46,802 bases of DNA, taken from an uncultured delta proteobacterium (GTDB lineage Bacteria; Desulfobacterota; Desulfobacteria; Desulfobacterales; JAHEIW01). The notes beneath the pieces were generated by a model. It was not told where the DNA came from. It searched no databases and saw only the letters and a list, made by a program, of their open reading frames with translations. Made by a program: the position numbers and the translations under genes. This document shows, piece after piece, positions 9,828-20,154 of this stretch. Position 1 is the first letter of the stretch; the number at the start of each line of letters is the position of its first letter. The stretch lies in contig CAVPNL010000017.1 in assembly GCA_963706575.1 (NCBI GenBank), positions 1-46,802 of the forward strand, in the 5' to 3' direction.

Positions 9828-11180
9828 TCAAAATTTCGTGATTCCAGTATAATTTTCAGGCGTAATTTTCAACAACTCAGCTTTAACAGCCTGAGAAACA
9901 TCGAGGGAATCGACAAATTCGGCAATTATTTTGGCGTTGATGTTCTTATGGGTGCGGGTTAAGGATTTCAAGGCTTCATATGGCTGTGGATAGCCTTCGC
10001 GGCGCAGGATGGTTTGGATAGCTTCTGCCACCACCGCCCAATTGTTTTGCAGATCCGCTCGGATCACAGCCGCATTTAGAATCAATTTGTTCAAGCCCCT
10101 CATCAATGATTTCAATCCAATGAGGGTATGGGCAAGCGGCACACCGATATTTCGGGTTACGGTCGAGTCCGTCAGATCCCGCTGGAGTCTGGAAATGGGA
10201 AGCTTGCCTGCCAGATGTTCGAATATCGCATTGGCAACGCCCAGATTGCCTTCAGAATTTTCAAAATCAATGGGGTTGACCTTATGGGGCATGGTCGAAG
10301 AGCCGACTTCGCCCTTTTTTATTTTCTGCTTGAAATAATCCAAAGAAATATATGCCCATATGTCCCGATTCAGGTCCACCAGGATCGTATTAATCCGTTT
10401 GAAGTTGTCGCAAAACGCAGCCAGATTGTCATAGTGGTCAATCTGAGTCGTGACCCTGGAGCGTGATAGGCCCAGTGTTTTGTTGACCAGATGATCTGCA
10501 AATGCAATCCAATCGATGTCCGGATAGGCGACCTGATGGGCGTTGAAGTTTCCGGTGGCGCCGCCGAACTTGGCGGAAAAAGGGATGGTTTTTAAAAGAC
10601 CGGACTGAACCCCGAGGCGGTCGACGAACACATAAATTTCTTTTCCGACCGTCGTGGGTGAAGCCGGCTGGCCGTGGGTGCGGGCCAGCATGGGGACATT
10701 TGCCCATTCTGCGGCTTTGGTTTGAAGCGTTTCACTAACGTCATCCAGCGCCGGTTTAAGCACCTCCAAATAAGCTTCTTTCAGTGAAAGCGGTAAAGCC
10801 GTGTTGTTGATGTCCTGGGATGTCAACCCGAAATGAATAAACTCTTTATAGGCTTCCAGGCCCAGCTCATCAAATTTATCTTTTAAAAAATATTCAACGG
10901 CTTTGACGTCGTGGTTAGTAACCTTTTCGATTTCCTTAACTTTGCCGGCATCTTCGAGGGAAAAATCTTTATAGATTCGCCGCAGCGAATCAAACGACTT
11001 TTTACCGACACCTTTAAGCGCAGGCAGCGGGAGACGGCACAGCGCAATGAAGTATTCGATTTCGATTTGCACTCGATAGTTGATCAGCGCCCCTTCTGAA
11101 AAATAATTTCCGAGCTGCGCGACCGCGCTCCGATAGCGTCCATCAACCGGTGAAATGGCTTCTAAATTCGAAAATTTCAT
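9828..11180 (-). CDS. purB: Adenylosuccinate lyase
   Basis: AISPVDGRY, TNHDVKAVEY, ARTHGQPA, GSSTMPHKVNPIDFENSEGN. Confidence 0.97.
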   Translation of the reverse strand: MKFSNLEAISPVDGRYRSAVAQLGNYFSEGALINYRVQIEIEYFIALCRLPLPALKGVGKKSFDSLRRIYKDFSLEDAGKVKEIEKVTNHDVKAVEYFLKDKFDELGLEAYKEFIHFGLTSQDINNTALPLSLKEAYLEVLKPALDDVSETLQTKAAEWANVPMLARTHGQPASPTTVGKEIYVFVDRLGVQSGLLKTIPFSAKFGGATGNFNAHQVAYPDIDWIAFADHLVNKTLGLSRSRVTTQIDHYDNLAAFCDNFKRINTILVDLNRDIWAYISLDYFKQKIKKGEVGSSTMPHKVNPIDFENSEGNLGVANAIFEHLAGKLPISRLQRDLTDSTVTRNIGVPLAHTLIGLKSLMRGLNKLILNAAVIRADLQNNWAVVAEAIQTILRREGYPQPYEALKSLTRTHKNINAKIIAEFVDSLDVSQAVKAELLKITPENYTGITKF

Positions 11181-11239
11181 GGCAGGTCTTTTTCCAATTT
11201 TATATTTATGGAATGTTATAGATCGGTGAGCATCAGTGG

Positions 11240-11268
11240 AGTATAGGCAAATGCATATGCCGTGTCAA
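11240..11268 (-). promoter_or_regulatory. Sigma70 promoter for purB
   Basis: TTGACA-N17-TATACT on the minus strand. Confidence 0.7.
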
Positions 11269-11526
11269 GCCGCCGGAAACCGATGGGTGTCAAAAAAACA
11301 TTGTGGTATTCAAACGTTTTTTTCTGCAACCGTACACCCGTTTATGCCGCAATCAATAATTTGGAACATTACATGATCGGCGGTGTAAAATACAGATTGT
11401 CATAGCTGCCGCTTCTAAAATCCCAAAAGGCGTGAACAAGCTGTTTGAATGGATCTTTTTTTTGATAATTGCGATTTTCGCCTGGATCGGCGCTTCCTGA
11501 TTTCCAGGAAACGATAATCTAAAACC

Positions 11527-11671
11527 AAAACGGGCTTTAAAGGCTTATATTATGTTCGAGGGCAAGGCGCGATTCGGTTCAAAAACGGAGCGTACACGTC
11601 AGTACGTGAGTATTTTGAAGCGAATCGCAACGCAGCCATCGGACATAATATAAGCCTTTAAAGCCCGTTTT
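11527..11671. repeat. Long hairpin element sharing the family C core
   Basis: 29-bp perfect inverted repeat AAAACGGGCTTTAAAGGCTTATATTATGT; core GCAAGGCGCG..GAGCGTACAC..GTACGTGAG..GCAACGCAGCC. Confidence 0.85.
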
Positions 11672-11843
11672 AGGCGGTGACGTCGACGTTTTGTCCTACG
11701 CCGGTCGATGCCAGCATTTCAGCCATCTGCTGCTGGCCTTCAGCTATTTTTTTCATCACCGCAACCTGCATCTCGCTGGTGGCCTGTAACTGTTGAACGA
11801 TCATCGCCATCGAACTATCCAAAGAAACACGACCGGCATCCAT
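11670..11843 (-). CDS. YjfB-like putative motility protein (57 aa, not in ORF track)
   Basis: MDAGRVSLDSSMAMIVQQLQATSEMQVAVMKKIAEGQQQMAEMLASTGVGQNVDVTA; AGGAAAGG RBS; VAVMKK and GQNVDV motifs. Confidence 0.75.
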   Translation of the reverse strand: MDAGRVSLDSSMAMIVQQLQATSEMQVAVMKKIAEGQQQMAEMLASTGVGQNVDVTA

Positions 11844-11898
11844 TATTTAAATCCTTTCCTTAATTTTATCCCAGCTCCTCCACGAACCCACCAGATAT

Positions 11899-11925
11899 TT
11901 ATCGGCCATCAGCAAATAATCTTTA
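11899..11925 (-). promoter_or_regulatory. Sigma28 (FliA) promoter
   Basis: TAAA-N15-GCCGATAA exact consensus on the minus strand, upstream of the YjfB-like gene. Confidence 0.75.
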
Positions 11926-11977
11926 GATCGCTTTTTAAATTAAATTTTAATATAATATAACTAACGGAGATTCACAC

Positions 11978-12289
11978 ATGCGGAAAGCATTAATTGTCAT
12001 CATCATTATCATCATGGGCGCGGGCGGATATCTGGGGTGGGATGGGTACGACAAAACCAAAAATCAGAAGCTTCAACCCGGTATTACCCTGTATTCCTGG
12101 ACGGATGCAGCGGGAAACAAGTACTTTTCGGACACACCGCCGCCGAAAAACGCCAGAAATGTGTACAAGGACAAAGGGTATAAATACATCAAGCCGCCTC
12201 TGATCGTGACCATCAAAAATAAGGCGATTGAATATTATAAAAAAACAAAGAAGAAATTGTTTAAACCCGGCAAGACCAAAAAAAAATAA
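11978..12289 (+). CDS. DUF4124 domain membrane-anchored small protein
   Basis: N-terminal hydrophobic helix; LYSWTDAAGNKYFSDTPPP; GGAG RBS. Confidence 0.8.
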   Translation: MRKALIVIIIIIMGAGGYLGWDGYDKTKNQKLQPGITLYSWTDAAGNKYFSDTPPPKNARNVYKDKGYKYIKPPLIVTIKNKAIEYYKKTKKKLFKPGKTKKK

Positions 12290-12315
12290 AAACCCTGGTC
12301 TAAAGACCAGGTTTT
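12288..12315. terminator. Hairpin between convergent genes, possible bidirectional terminator
   Basis: CCTGGTC-TAAA-GACCAGG flanked by A and T runs. Confidence 0.5.
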
Positions 12316-12377
12316 CAATGTTAAAATAATCCTCCGTATACTGTAGTTGGCGCTAAAGGGTTCGAATTAAGGGATTT

Positions 12378-14594
12378 TTAGGAAGACGCCGGAGGGATAC
12401 GAACTGGCCCGGAAGGACGAAGGCGGTAACGCAATCGTGTAAATCGTTGCAGGGTTCGATCGTTGTTTACACCGATGGCCATTGCCTTGCGGCTTCCCAC
12501 CATGACCACCAGATTTCGGCCGCGGGTTACCGCCGTGTAAATCAAGTTGCGCTGCAGCAGGATATAGTGCTGGGTCAGAATCGGCATGATAATCACCGGA
12601 TATTCCGAACCCTGCGATTTATGCACCGAAACCGCGTAGGCCAGCACCATTTCATCCAGTTCGCTGAAATCATAAACAATATGGCGGTTATCAAAGCAAG
12701 CGGTGACCTGGCGTTCCTCAGGCCGAATAGCGGTAAGGCGGCCGATATCGCCGTTAAAGACCTCTTTGTCGTAATTGTTGCGGATCTGCATCACCTTATC
12801 ATTGACACGGAAGGTGCGGTCTCCACGGCTGACACCCCCATTTCCGGGGTTCAATGCGGATTGAAGCTGATCGTTGAGATTGGCGGCCCCCACGAGCCCT
12901 TTGTGCATGGGCGTCAGCACCTGGATATCGTCGAGGGCATCGAAGCCAAAGCGCTGAGGGATCCGCCTGTTTACCAGTTCCAGAATAATTTCCAAAACCT
13001 TTTGGGCATCATCCTGTTCAATGAAATAAAAGTCATTATTGGGATCAAATAGCTCAGATTGATCAAACGACGGCAGTTCACCTTTATTGATCTTATGCGA
13101 ATTGACAATAATACGACTCTTCTTGGCCTGGCGGAAGATTTCATTCAACTCAACAACCGCAATCGAGCCGCATGCAATCATGTCGTTGAGCACATTGCCG
13201 GGACCAACCGATGGCAGCTGATTCACATCGCCCACAAAAATGCAGGTAGCGGTTGCCGGACTCGCTTTTAAAAGATGATACATTAAGACCGTGTCGATCA
13301 TCGAAGCTTCATCAATAATCAGCAAATCGCAATCCAGCGGGTTCTTTTCATTTCTTTGGAATCCGTGTTTATGAATGCTGTATTCGAGCAGGCGATGGAT
13401 GGTTTTGGCCTGATGACCGGTCATCTCGCTCATGCGCTTGGCGGCCCTACCGGTGGGGGCGGCCAGCAGAATATTGATTTTCATTTGTGAAAATATTTTT
13501 AAAATCGCCCTGATGATGGTGGTTTTGCCGGTACCGGGCCCCCCGGTGATAACCATGACCTTATTTTCGAGGGCGTATCGAATTGCATTTTTCTGATTTT
13601 CGGCGGGCTGAAAAGAAAGTTGCTGCTCGACCCACTGAATCGCCCGGTCAGAATCCACCTCGTGAGCCGACTTGGGAGTGGATAGCAATGCCTTCAATCG
13701 GTTGGAAATTCCGGTTTCACACTGATGAAATCGGGTCAGGTAGACGGCTTTGTTGTTTTGTTTATAATTTTCGACCCCTTCATTGATGTCCTCTATAATG
13801 ATCTGTTTGTCAGCACTCAGGCTGCCAATTGCCCGGACTATTGGCTCCCGCCCGACGCCCAGAATCTCACGGCAGCGTTCGACCAACGGCTCATAGGGAA
13901 AATATACGTGACCGTCTTCTGAAAGCTGATGCAGTGTGTAAACAATTCCGGCTTCAACTCTTACCTCGGAGTCATTTGAAAATCCGAGCTCTCTGGCAAT
14001 ACTGTCGGCTTTCAGAAATCCGATCCCAAAAATATCTGCCGCCAGGCGGTAGGGATTTTGTTTGACCACCGCAATCGATCGATCACCGTAGCGTTTAAAA
14101 ATCTTGCTCGCATAGGCTGAACTGACACCGTGGCTTTGCAAAAAAATCATCACATCGCGGATGTCTTTCTGTGCGTCCCAAGCTTTGGTGATATTGGCAA
14201 TGCTTTTCTCTGCGATGCCCTTAACCTCCGCCAACCGATCGATTTGATTTTCAATGACGTCCAGGGTATCTGCGCCGAACCGATCGACAATACGCCCGGC
14301 CATGACCGGCCCCAGGCCCTTGATCAGACCGGATCCTAAATATTTTTGGATACCAAATACCGTTGCCGGAACTTTTGTCTTAAACTGGGTAACCTTGAAC
14401 TGCTCACCGTATTTAGGATGGTGGGCCCACTCCCCCCGCATGTCGATAATTTCACCGGGCATGGGTGCCATCAAATTGCCGACAACCGTGACCAAATCCC
14501 GCTTTCCCTGAACCTTCACCTTTGCAATCGTAAACCCGTTTTCCTCATTGGTGAAGGTTATTCTTTCTATCTGGCCGGATAGATCAGTGAGCAT
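12378..14594 (-). CDS. recD2: ATP-dependent RecD-like DNA helicase
   Basis: N-terminal OB/HhH region, GGPGTGKTT, APTGRAA, DEASM, SVHKSQGSEY. Confidence 0.95.
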   Translation of the reverse strand: MLTDLSGQIERITFTNEENGFTIAKVKVQGKRDLVTVVGNLMAPMPGEIIDMRGEWAHHPKYGEQFKVTQFKTKVPATVFGIQKYLGSGLIKGLGPVMAGRIVDRFGADTLDVIENQIDRLAEVKGIAEKSIANITKAWDAQKDIRDVMIFLQSHGVSSAYASKIFKRYGDRSIAVVKQNPYRLAADIFGIGFLKADSIARELGFSNDSEVRVEAGIVYTLHQLSEDGHVYFPYEPLVERCREILGVGREPIVRAIGSLSADKQIIIEDINEGVENYKQNNKAVYLTRFHQCETGISNRLKALLSTPKSAHEVDSDRAIQWVEQQLSFQPAENQKNAIRYALENKVMVITGGPGTGKTTIIRAILKIFSQMKINILLAAPTGRAAKRMSEMTGHQAKTIHRLLEYSIHKHGFQRNEKNPLDCDLLIIDEASMIDTVLMYHLLKASPATATCIFVGDVNQLPSVGPGNVLNDMIACGSIAVVELNEIFRQAKKSRIIVNSHKINKGELPSFDQSELFDPNNDFYFIEQDDAQKVLEIILELVNRRIPQRFGFDALDDIQVLTPMHKGLVGAANLNDQLQSALNPGNGGVSRGDRTFRVNDKVMQIRNNYDKEVFNGDIGRLTAIRPEERQVTACFDNRHIVYDFSELDEMVLAYAVSVHKSQGSEYPVIIMPILTQHYILLQRNLIYTAVTRGRNLVVMVGSRKAMAIGVNNDRTLQRFTRLRYRLRPSGPVRIPPASS

Positions 14595-14682
14595 AATTGG
14601 AATCCTATCACGGGAGGCTTAAAAAAATTAGACTAAACAAGCTATCCATAGATTGCCTGGCACTTTCACATTGGAGTCGTTA

Positions 14683-14766
14683 GGATTTCGGATTGCGGAT
14701 TGTGGATTGCGGATTTTGAACTCGTGACATGTTTGATATTTCAATCTGAATCCGAAATCCGAAATC
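14683..14766. repeat. Heptamer-arm palindrome (GGATTGC / AATCCGA)
   Basis: Five GGATTnn units, a spacer, then inverted AATCCGA units. Confidence 0.8.
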
Positions 14767-14776
14767 ATATTGACCT

Positions 14777-15187
14777 TCAGACCCAATCCGGAACCCGCAC
14801 CTCTGTTTCAGAGGTCGAGCCGGATATGAAACACTTGACATCGATAACCGGCGTTCCATCAAAGGCATCGATGTCTTCGATTTCAATACGTCTGTCCTGG
14901 ATCGATTTTATTTTGCATAAGGTTAAACCGATCAGGTTGGGCCTTAGGGGAGAATGGGTGGCAAATACACCGGTCAGGGGATTTTTTTTATCCCCGCGGG
15001 GATGCACTCGCAGGGTATTGCGCCGCTCGGCAGTGTCGTTTTCATGAAACCAGAAAAGCACCTGGATATGAGAAAAACCGTCCAATCCCAGAAGGGCGTC
15101 GCAATAGGGTTCAAAGATTTCAATCCAAGTTGTTTCTTCTTTTTTGCCGACGACGCCCACAGGAAAAATCTGAAAAGATTCCGGCAT
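14777..15187 (-). CDS. tsaA: tRNA m6t6A37 methyltransferase TrmO/TsaA-like
   Basis: GLDGFSHIQVLFWFH, GVFATHSPLRPNLIGL, DAFDGTPVIDVK. Confidence 0.88.
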   Translation of the reverse strand: MPESFQIFPVGVVGKKEETTWIEIFEPYCDALLGLDGFSHIQVLFWFHENDTAERRNTLRVHPRGDKKNPLTGVFATHSPLRPNLIGLTLCKIKSIQDRRIEIEDIDAFDGTPVIDVKCFISGSTSETEVRVPDWV

Positions 15188-15202
15188 TTCATCTCCTATT
15201 GA

Positions 15203-17158
15203 TCAATCTTGTTGGAGCTCCTCGATACTTGCATAACAATCCAGCGCCTCCGGATTGCTCAAGGCATCTTTGTTGAGCACCTCCTGGCCCTGGATCACTT
15301 TTTTTACCGCCAGTTCCACTTTTTTCATGTTGAGTGTATAAGGCACAGCAGGCACACTGATGATCTTGGCGGGCACATGCCGCGGTGAGGCATTGGTGCG
15401 AATGGTCTGTTTGATCTTATTCTTTAATTCATCTGTGAGTTCAATACCTTCTGCCAGCTTAACAAAGAGGATCACGCGGACATCATTGTTCCAATTCTGC
15501 CCGACCACAACGCTGTCATCAATTTCCTCCATTTGCTCCAGCTGTCGATATATTTCGGCCGTTCCGATGCGAACCCCGCCGGGATTAAGCGTGGCATCCG
15601 ATCTGCCGAGCATCACGACACCGCCGCGCTCGGTGACGGTAACAAAGTCACCGTGGCGCCAGATATTGGGATATACATCAAAATAAGCGTTGTGATATTT
15701 GCTGCCGTCCGGATCTTCCCAGAAATAAATCGGCATCGATGGAAACGGCTTGCAACACACCAGTTCACCCTGTTCATCGATAAGCTCGTTTCCCAATTCA
15801 TCAAATGCCCGCACATCCATGGCCAGCCCCCGGCACTGGAGCTCACCGGCATAAACCGGCTCCATGGGGTTTCCAAGGGCAAAGCAGCCGTTTAAGTCCG
15901 TGCCCCCGGCAATGGAGGCCAGCTGTAGATCGGCCTTGACTTCCTGATAAATAAACTTGAAGCCTTCAATTGACAGCGGTGAACCGGTGGAAAATACGGC
16001 ACGCAAGGGTGTCAGGTCGTAAGTTTTGCCGGGTTTTACGGCTGCATTTTGCAATGCGGCGATATATCCGGCACTGGTCCCGAAAACGGTAATTTTTTCT
16101 TCCTGGGCCATTTCCCAAAGCGCTGCGGGATGGGGGTGAAACGGATTGCCATCAAACAGAACCAGTGTAGCGCCGACGGCCAATGAACTGGTCAGCCAAT
16201 TCCACATCATCCAGCCGCAGGTGGTAAAATAAAAAATGGTATCCTCACGCTTTAAATCAGAATGCAGCATGAGCTCTTTTAAATGATGAACCAGAATACC
16301 GCCGGCACTTTGCACCATGCATTTGGGCAGACCGGTGGTGCCGGATGAGTACATGATATACAGGGGGTGATCAAATGGCAGTTGCTCAAATTCAATCTCC
16401 AGGCCGGATTCTGATGATCGAAAATCTTGATAATGAACGGCATTGGCAACTGCGCTGATATCGGCTTCCTGCTCGGTGTAGGGCACGACGACGACCTTCT
16501 CAATTGACGGTAGTTTTTTGAGGATATTTGAAATGCGTTCCAAAGAATCTAATTTTTTGCCTTTAAAGGAATATCCGTTGGCGGTAAACAGGACTCTGGG
16601 TTTGATCTGCCCGAATCGATCCAGCACGCCTTTTATGCCGAAATCCGGAGAGCATGATGACCAGGTCGCCCCCAAACTGGTTGCTGCCAGCATGGCAATA
16701 ATGGATTCCGGCATGTTGGGCATAAACCCCACCACCCGATCACCGGGCTGAATCCCCAGATCCTTTAAGGATCTGGCAAGACGCGCCACTTCATCATAAA
16801 GCTGGGCATAGGTCATCTTGCTTGAGGCCTGCGCTTCGCCTTTAAAGATCAATGCGATTTGGTCATCCCGGTAGCGGAGCAGATTTTCGGCAAAATTGAG
16901 CTGGGCGCCCGTAAACCACTTGGCACCCGGCATTTTGGTGGCGTCATCCACCACCTGATCGTAAGACTTTGAGTGAATCACGTCTGCAAATTTCCAGAAA
17001 GCCGCCCAGAACTCAGAAATGTTTTCAATTGACCAGCTATAAAGAGGAGCATATTCATCAAAATTTTGATTGTAGGTTTCATTGATAAAATTCATGAAAC
17101 GGTACATATTGGTTTCTTTAATTTTCTCCTCCGAAGGCTTCCATAATAATTCGGCCAT
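15203..17158 (-). CDS. Acetoacetate--CoA ligase
   Basis: WSSCSPDFG, YSSGTTGLPKC, TTCGWMMWNW, GRSDATLNPGGVRIGTAEIY. Confidence 0.95.
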   Translation of the reverse strand: MAELLWKPSEEKIKETNMYRFMNFINETYNQNFDEYAPLYSWSIENISEFWAAFWKFADVIHSKSYDQVVDDATKMPGAKWFTGAQLNFAENLLRYRDDQIALIFKGEAQASSKMTYAQLYDEVARLARSLKDLGIQPGDRVVGFMPNMPESIIAMLAATSLGATWSSCSPDFGIKGVLDRFGQIKPRVLFTANGYSFKGKKLDSLERISNILKKLPSIEKVVVVPYTEQEADISAVANAVHYQDFRSSESGLEIEFEQLPFDHPLYIMYSSGTTGLPKCMVQSAGGILVHHLKELMLHSDLKREDTIFYFTTCGWMMWNWLTSSLAVGATLVLFDGNPFHPHPAALWEMAQEEKITVFGTSAGYIAALQNAAVKPGKTYDLTPLRAVFSTGSPLSIEGFKFIYQEVKADLQLASIAGGTDLNGCFALGNPMEPVYAGELQCRGLAMDVRAFDELGNELIDEQGELVCCKPFPSMPIYFWEDPDGSKYHNAYFDVYPNIWRHGDFVTVTERGGVVMLGRSDATLNPGGVRIGTAEIYRQLEQMEEIDDSVVVGQNWNNDVRVILFVKLAEGIELTDELKNKIKQTIRTNASPRHVPAKIISVPAVPYTLNMKKVELAVKKVIQGQEVLNKDALSNPEALDCYASIEELQQD

Positions 17159-17510
17159 AATTTACTCCCTCCGTTGCTAAGAATCATCAAAACCCATTCA
17201 GGAATAATTGCGTTTACTATCAAGAAATTAATAATTTCTTTACCTTTAACGCCATGAATTAGTCAAGAAAATGCCATAAAAATATGGACCATTCAAAACT
17301 TTAATCCTTGAAGGACCTGAATTTTGCACATAGCTTTTGGGTTCAGATTTTACCAGATTAGTTTATATTGACTAACCGCGAGCCAAGTTTGTTGATTTTA
17401 AAATTCAGTTATTATATCAGTTAGATTCGTTGCGTCTAATACAATCAGCCCGGATAAAATAAATCGGAACTATAACCCTAAGAAAGAGCGATGATCTCCC
17501 CCATCTTTTT

Positions 17511-17591
17511 TCACCCCCACCCGGACCTCCCCCGTCAAGGGGGAGGAGTTTTATCTTCCCTCCCCAGGCGGGAGGGATTGAGGGAGGAGAA
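17511..17591. repeat. GC-rich REP-like branched hairpin
   Basis: CCTCCCCC-GTCAA-GGGGGAGG and CCCTCCC-CAGGC-GGGAGGG stems. Confidence 0.7.
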
Positions 17592-17662
17592 AAGCGGATA
17601 AAATGGCGCTTTCCTTTTTATTGGCCATAGATCCGTAAAATTACCTTAAAAGGAGACTGCGC

Positions 17663-18703
17663 ATGCGAATTATTGATCTGCGATCTGATACGATGACCCA
17701 GCCGACGGATGCCATGCGTCGCGCAATGGCCGAAGCAAAGGTCGGCGATGATGTGTTCGGTGAGGACCCGACGGTGAATCAACTGGAAGAATTGGCCGCT
17801 GAACGGCTGGGAAAAGAAGCCGCTTTATATGTATCCAGCGGCACCATGGGAAACCTGGTCAGCCAGCTGGCGCACTGCGGCCGCGGAGACGAAATTATTT
17901 TAGGCAGCCACGCACACACATTTTTTTTCGAACAGGGCGGATCGGCGGCTGTTGGCGGCATTCATCCGCGAACCGTTCCCAATCAGCCGGACGGCAAATT
18001 GGCACTTGAAGATATCGAAGCCGCCGTTCGCGGTGATAATATTCATTTTCCCAGGAGCCGCCTCATCCTTTTGGAAAATACGCATAACCTTTGCAATGGC
18101 TGCCCCCTTGAAATTGATTATATGAAAGCGGTAGGCGAAATTGCCCGGCGCCATAAATTAAAAATCCACGTTGATGGGGCCCGAATATTTAACGCCGCCG
18201 TAGCCCTGGGCGTTGAGCCCAAGGATTTGACTGCCGAAGCCGACTCGGTCTCCTTCTGCTTAAGTAAAGGATTAGCAGCGCCGGTGGGATCTATGGTCTG
18301 CGGCACGCAGGATTTTATCAATGAGGCCCGACGGGCACGTAAAGTGATAGGTGGCGGCATGCGCCAGGCCGGCGTACTTGCTGCCGCAGGGATTGTGGCC
18401 CTTAACGAAATGGTCAACCGTTTGGCAGATGATCATGCCAACGCTAAAAAGCTGGCAATGGGTTTGGCTGAGATGCAGGGGATTTCAATCGACCCGGATC
18501 AGATACCAACCAATATCATATTCTTTGAGGTTAACCGTGAGGACATGACGCCGGCGGAATTCGTGAAGCGAATCGATGCCGAGGGGATTCGCATTTTGCC
18601 GGTGCCAACAGGGCCAAATGCCCTCAGAGCCGTCACCCACTACCACATCACCAGCGAAGATATCGATCGGGCCCTGAGCGTTATTTCGAAGGTGATGGGC
18701 TAA
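17663..18703 (+). CDS. ltaE: Low-specificity L-threonine aldolase
   Basis: [33 protein letters not shown]. Confidence 0.95.
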   Translation: MRIIDLRSDTMTQPTDAMRRAMAEAKVGDDVFGEDPTVNQLEELAAERLGKEAALYVSSGTMGNLVSQLAHCGRGDEIILGSHAHTFFFEQGGSAAVGGIHPRTVPNQPDGKLALEDIEAAVRGDNIHFPRSRLILLENTHNLCNGCPLEIDYMKAVGEIARRHKLKIHVDGARIFNAAVALGVEPKDLTAEADSVSFCLSKGLAAPVGSMVCGTQDFINEARRARKVIGGGMRQAGVLAAAGIVALNEMVNRLADDHANAKKLAMGLAEMQGISIDPDQIPTNIIFFEVNREDMTPAEFVKRIDAEGIRILPVPTGPNALRAVTHYHITSEDIDRALSVISKVMG

Positions 18704-18748
18704 TTTTTGCTTTTTTCTTTTTTTCAGCTCTACGTGGTTTGTGCTTCT

Positions 18749-18824
18749 CGAGAACGAGGACGAGGACGAGGACGAAGTAGTATTCGCCCTGTTGTAATCG
18801 TTCTCGTACTCGTCCTCGTTCTCG
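18749..18824. repeat. Hexamer-arm palindrome (CGAGGA)n ... (TCCTCG)n
   Basis: CGAGAACGAGGACGAG is inverted at CTCGTCCTCGTTCTCG; lies between convergent genes. Confidence 0.8.
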
Positions 18825-18899
18825 GCTGTCGTCCAATACAGGCTTCTGGGGACAGCCGGTTTTTAACTTGTATAAAGATTCCCCCCGAAGTCCGGATCA

Positions 18900-20150
18900 T
18901 TAATGCTTAAAACTCCTCTGCCCCGTATACACCATCGTCGCATCGGCTTCGTTACAGGCATCGATGGACTGATAGTCGTTGCCGGACCCGCCCGGCTGAA
19001 TCACGGCCGTTATCCCTTGGCGCAGGCCGACATCCACCCCGTCCCGAAAGGGGAAAAAAGCGTCGCTGACCATTGCAGCGCCGATGAGCCCGCCTTTTTC
19101 ATCGGCCACCCGGGCATCAATTGCAGATTTTTTGTCGGTATCGGCCAATTCATTGTAAGGAATCCCGTGGGCTTCAAAACAATACCTGTCGGCAAGTTTG
19201 CGATAGGCTTTGTCTCGCGCAATTTCGGCGACACCCACCCGATCCTGCTCGCCGGTACCGATCCCCACCGTGACCTCATCCTTAACATAAATGACCGAAT
19301 TTGAGGTGATTCCCGATTCCACCAACCAACCAAAAATCAGATCATCATATTCTTTATCCGTCGGTGCACGGTTGATTTTGTATGATTTGCCCTTGTACTC
19401 ACACTCGGCCAGCTTGAGATCTTCCTTGGAACGGGTGGTCGGGACAAACGACCACTGGGTAATAATGCCGCCATCGATCAGGCTTTTAAATTCAACGCAC
19501 CTTTGCCCCACAAATGTCTGCAGGCGCTCGATATTGCCGATTTGAATCACCCTGAGGTTGGGTTTTTGGGAAAATACATCCATGACTCCCTGCTCGAAAT
19601 CAGGCGCCACGATCACTTCGGCATACTGCTGAATGATGGCCTCGGCGGTGGCTTTATCAACCGGATGGTTTACGGCGATACAGCCCCCGAAGGCGGCGAC
19701 CCTGTCGGCCAAATTGGCTTTAACGTATGCATCGACCAGTGTATCGGATCGTGCAACACCGCAGGGGTTATTGTGCTTGACGATGACAACAGTCGGTTTA
19801 TCCGTGAAATAACGCAGAATGTTGAGAGAATTGTCCGCATCGGTTAAATTGGTCTTGCCCGGGTGTTTTCCGGACTGCAGCAGTTCGATATCGGATGCCA
19901 GAAATTGCCCGGGCTGGATGGTTTGCGTTTCTCCCAGCACCAGGTTGCCGTTGACCAGCTTGTAAAGGGCGGCTTCCTGACCGGGGTTTTCACCGTATCT
20001 GAGGCCTTTTTGCAGCTCATCGACCACCCAGACCACTTTGTCATAAAAAAGGGTCTGGCGTTTGTCCGGGTCGACAAAACTGATTTCCATCTGGGGCGGA
20101 AAGTGGTCATCCATTACGGTTCGATACATTTTTTTGAGGTCTTCAGCCAT
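18900..20150 (-). CDS. purH: AICAR transformylase domain (C-terminal half of PurH, stand-alone)
   Basis: LRYGENPGQ, VKHNNPCGVA, AFGG, SDAFFPFRDG, IQPGGS, RSFKH. Confidence 0.85.
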   Translation of the reverse strand: MAEDLKKMYRTVMDDHFPPQMEISFVDPDKRQTLFYDKVVWVVDELQKGLRYGENPGQEAALYKLVNGNLVLGETQTIQPGQFLASDIELLQSGKHPGKTNLTDADNSLNILRYFTDKPTVVIVKHNNPCGVARSDTLVDAYVKANLADRVAAFGGCIAVNHPVDKATAEAIIQQYAEVIVAPDFEQGVMDVFSQKPNLRVIQIGNIERLQTFVGQRCVEFKSLIDGGIITQWSFVPTTRSKEDLKLAECEYKGKSYKINRAPTDKEYDDLIFGWLVESGITSNSVIYVKDEVTVGIGTGEQDRVGVAEIARDKAYRKLADRYCFEAHGIPYNELADTDKKSAIDARVADEKGGLIGAAMVSDAFFPFRDGVDVGLRQGITAVIQPGGSGNDYQSIDACNEADATMVYTGQRSFKH

Positions 20151-20154
20151 GGCA

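Noticed and set aside
14680..14886. ORF ending NPQSTIRNPKS, and ORF 18707-18910 (RGRGRG/VLVLVL)
   Set aside because: These are translations of heptamer and hexamer repeat arms with no RBS or domain signal.
17160..17660. Riboswitch upstream of ltaE (or of purB/purH)
   Set aside because: I could not recognise glycine, ZTP or purine aptamer consensus by eye. An Rfam scan would be needed to exclude one.
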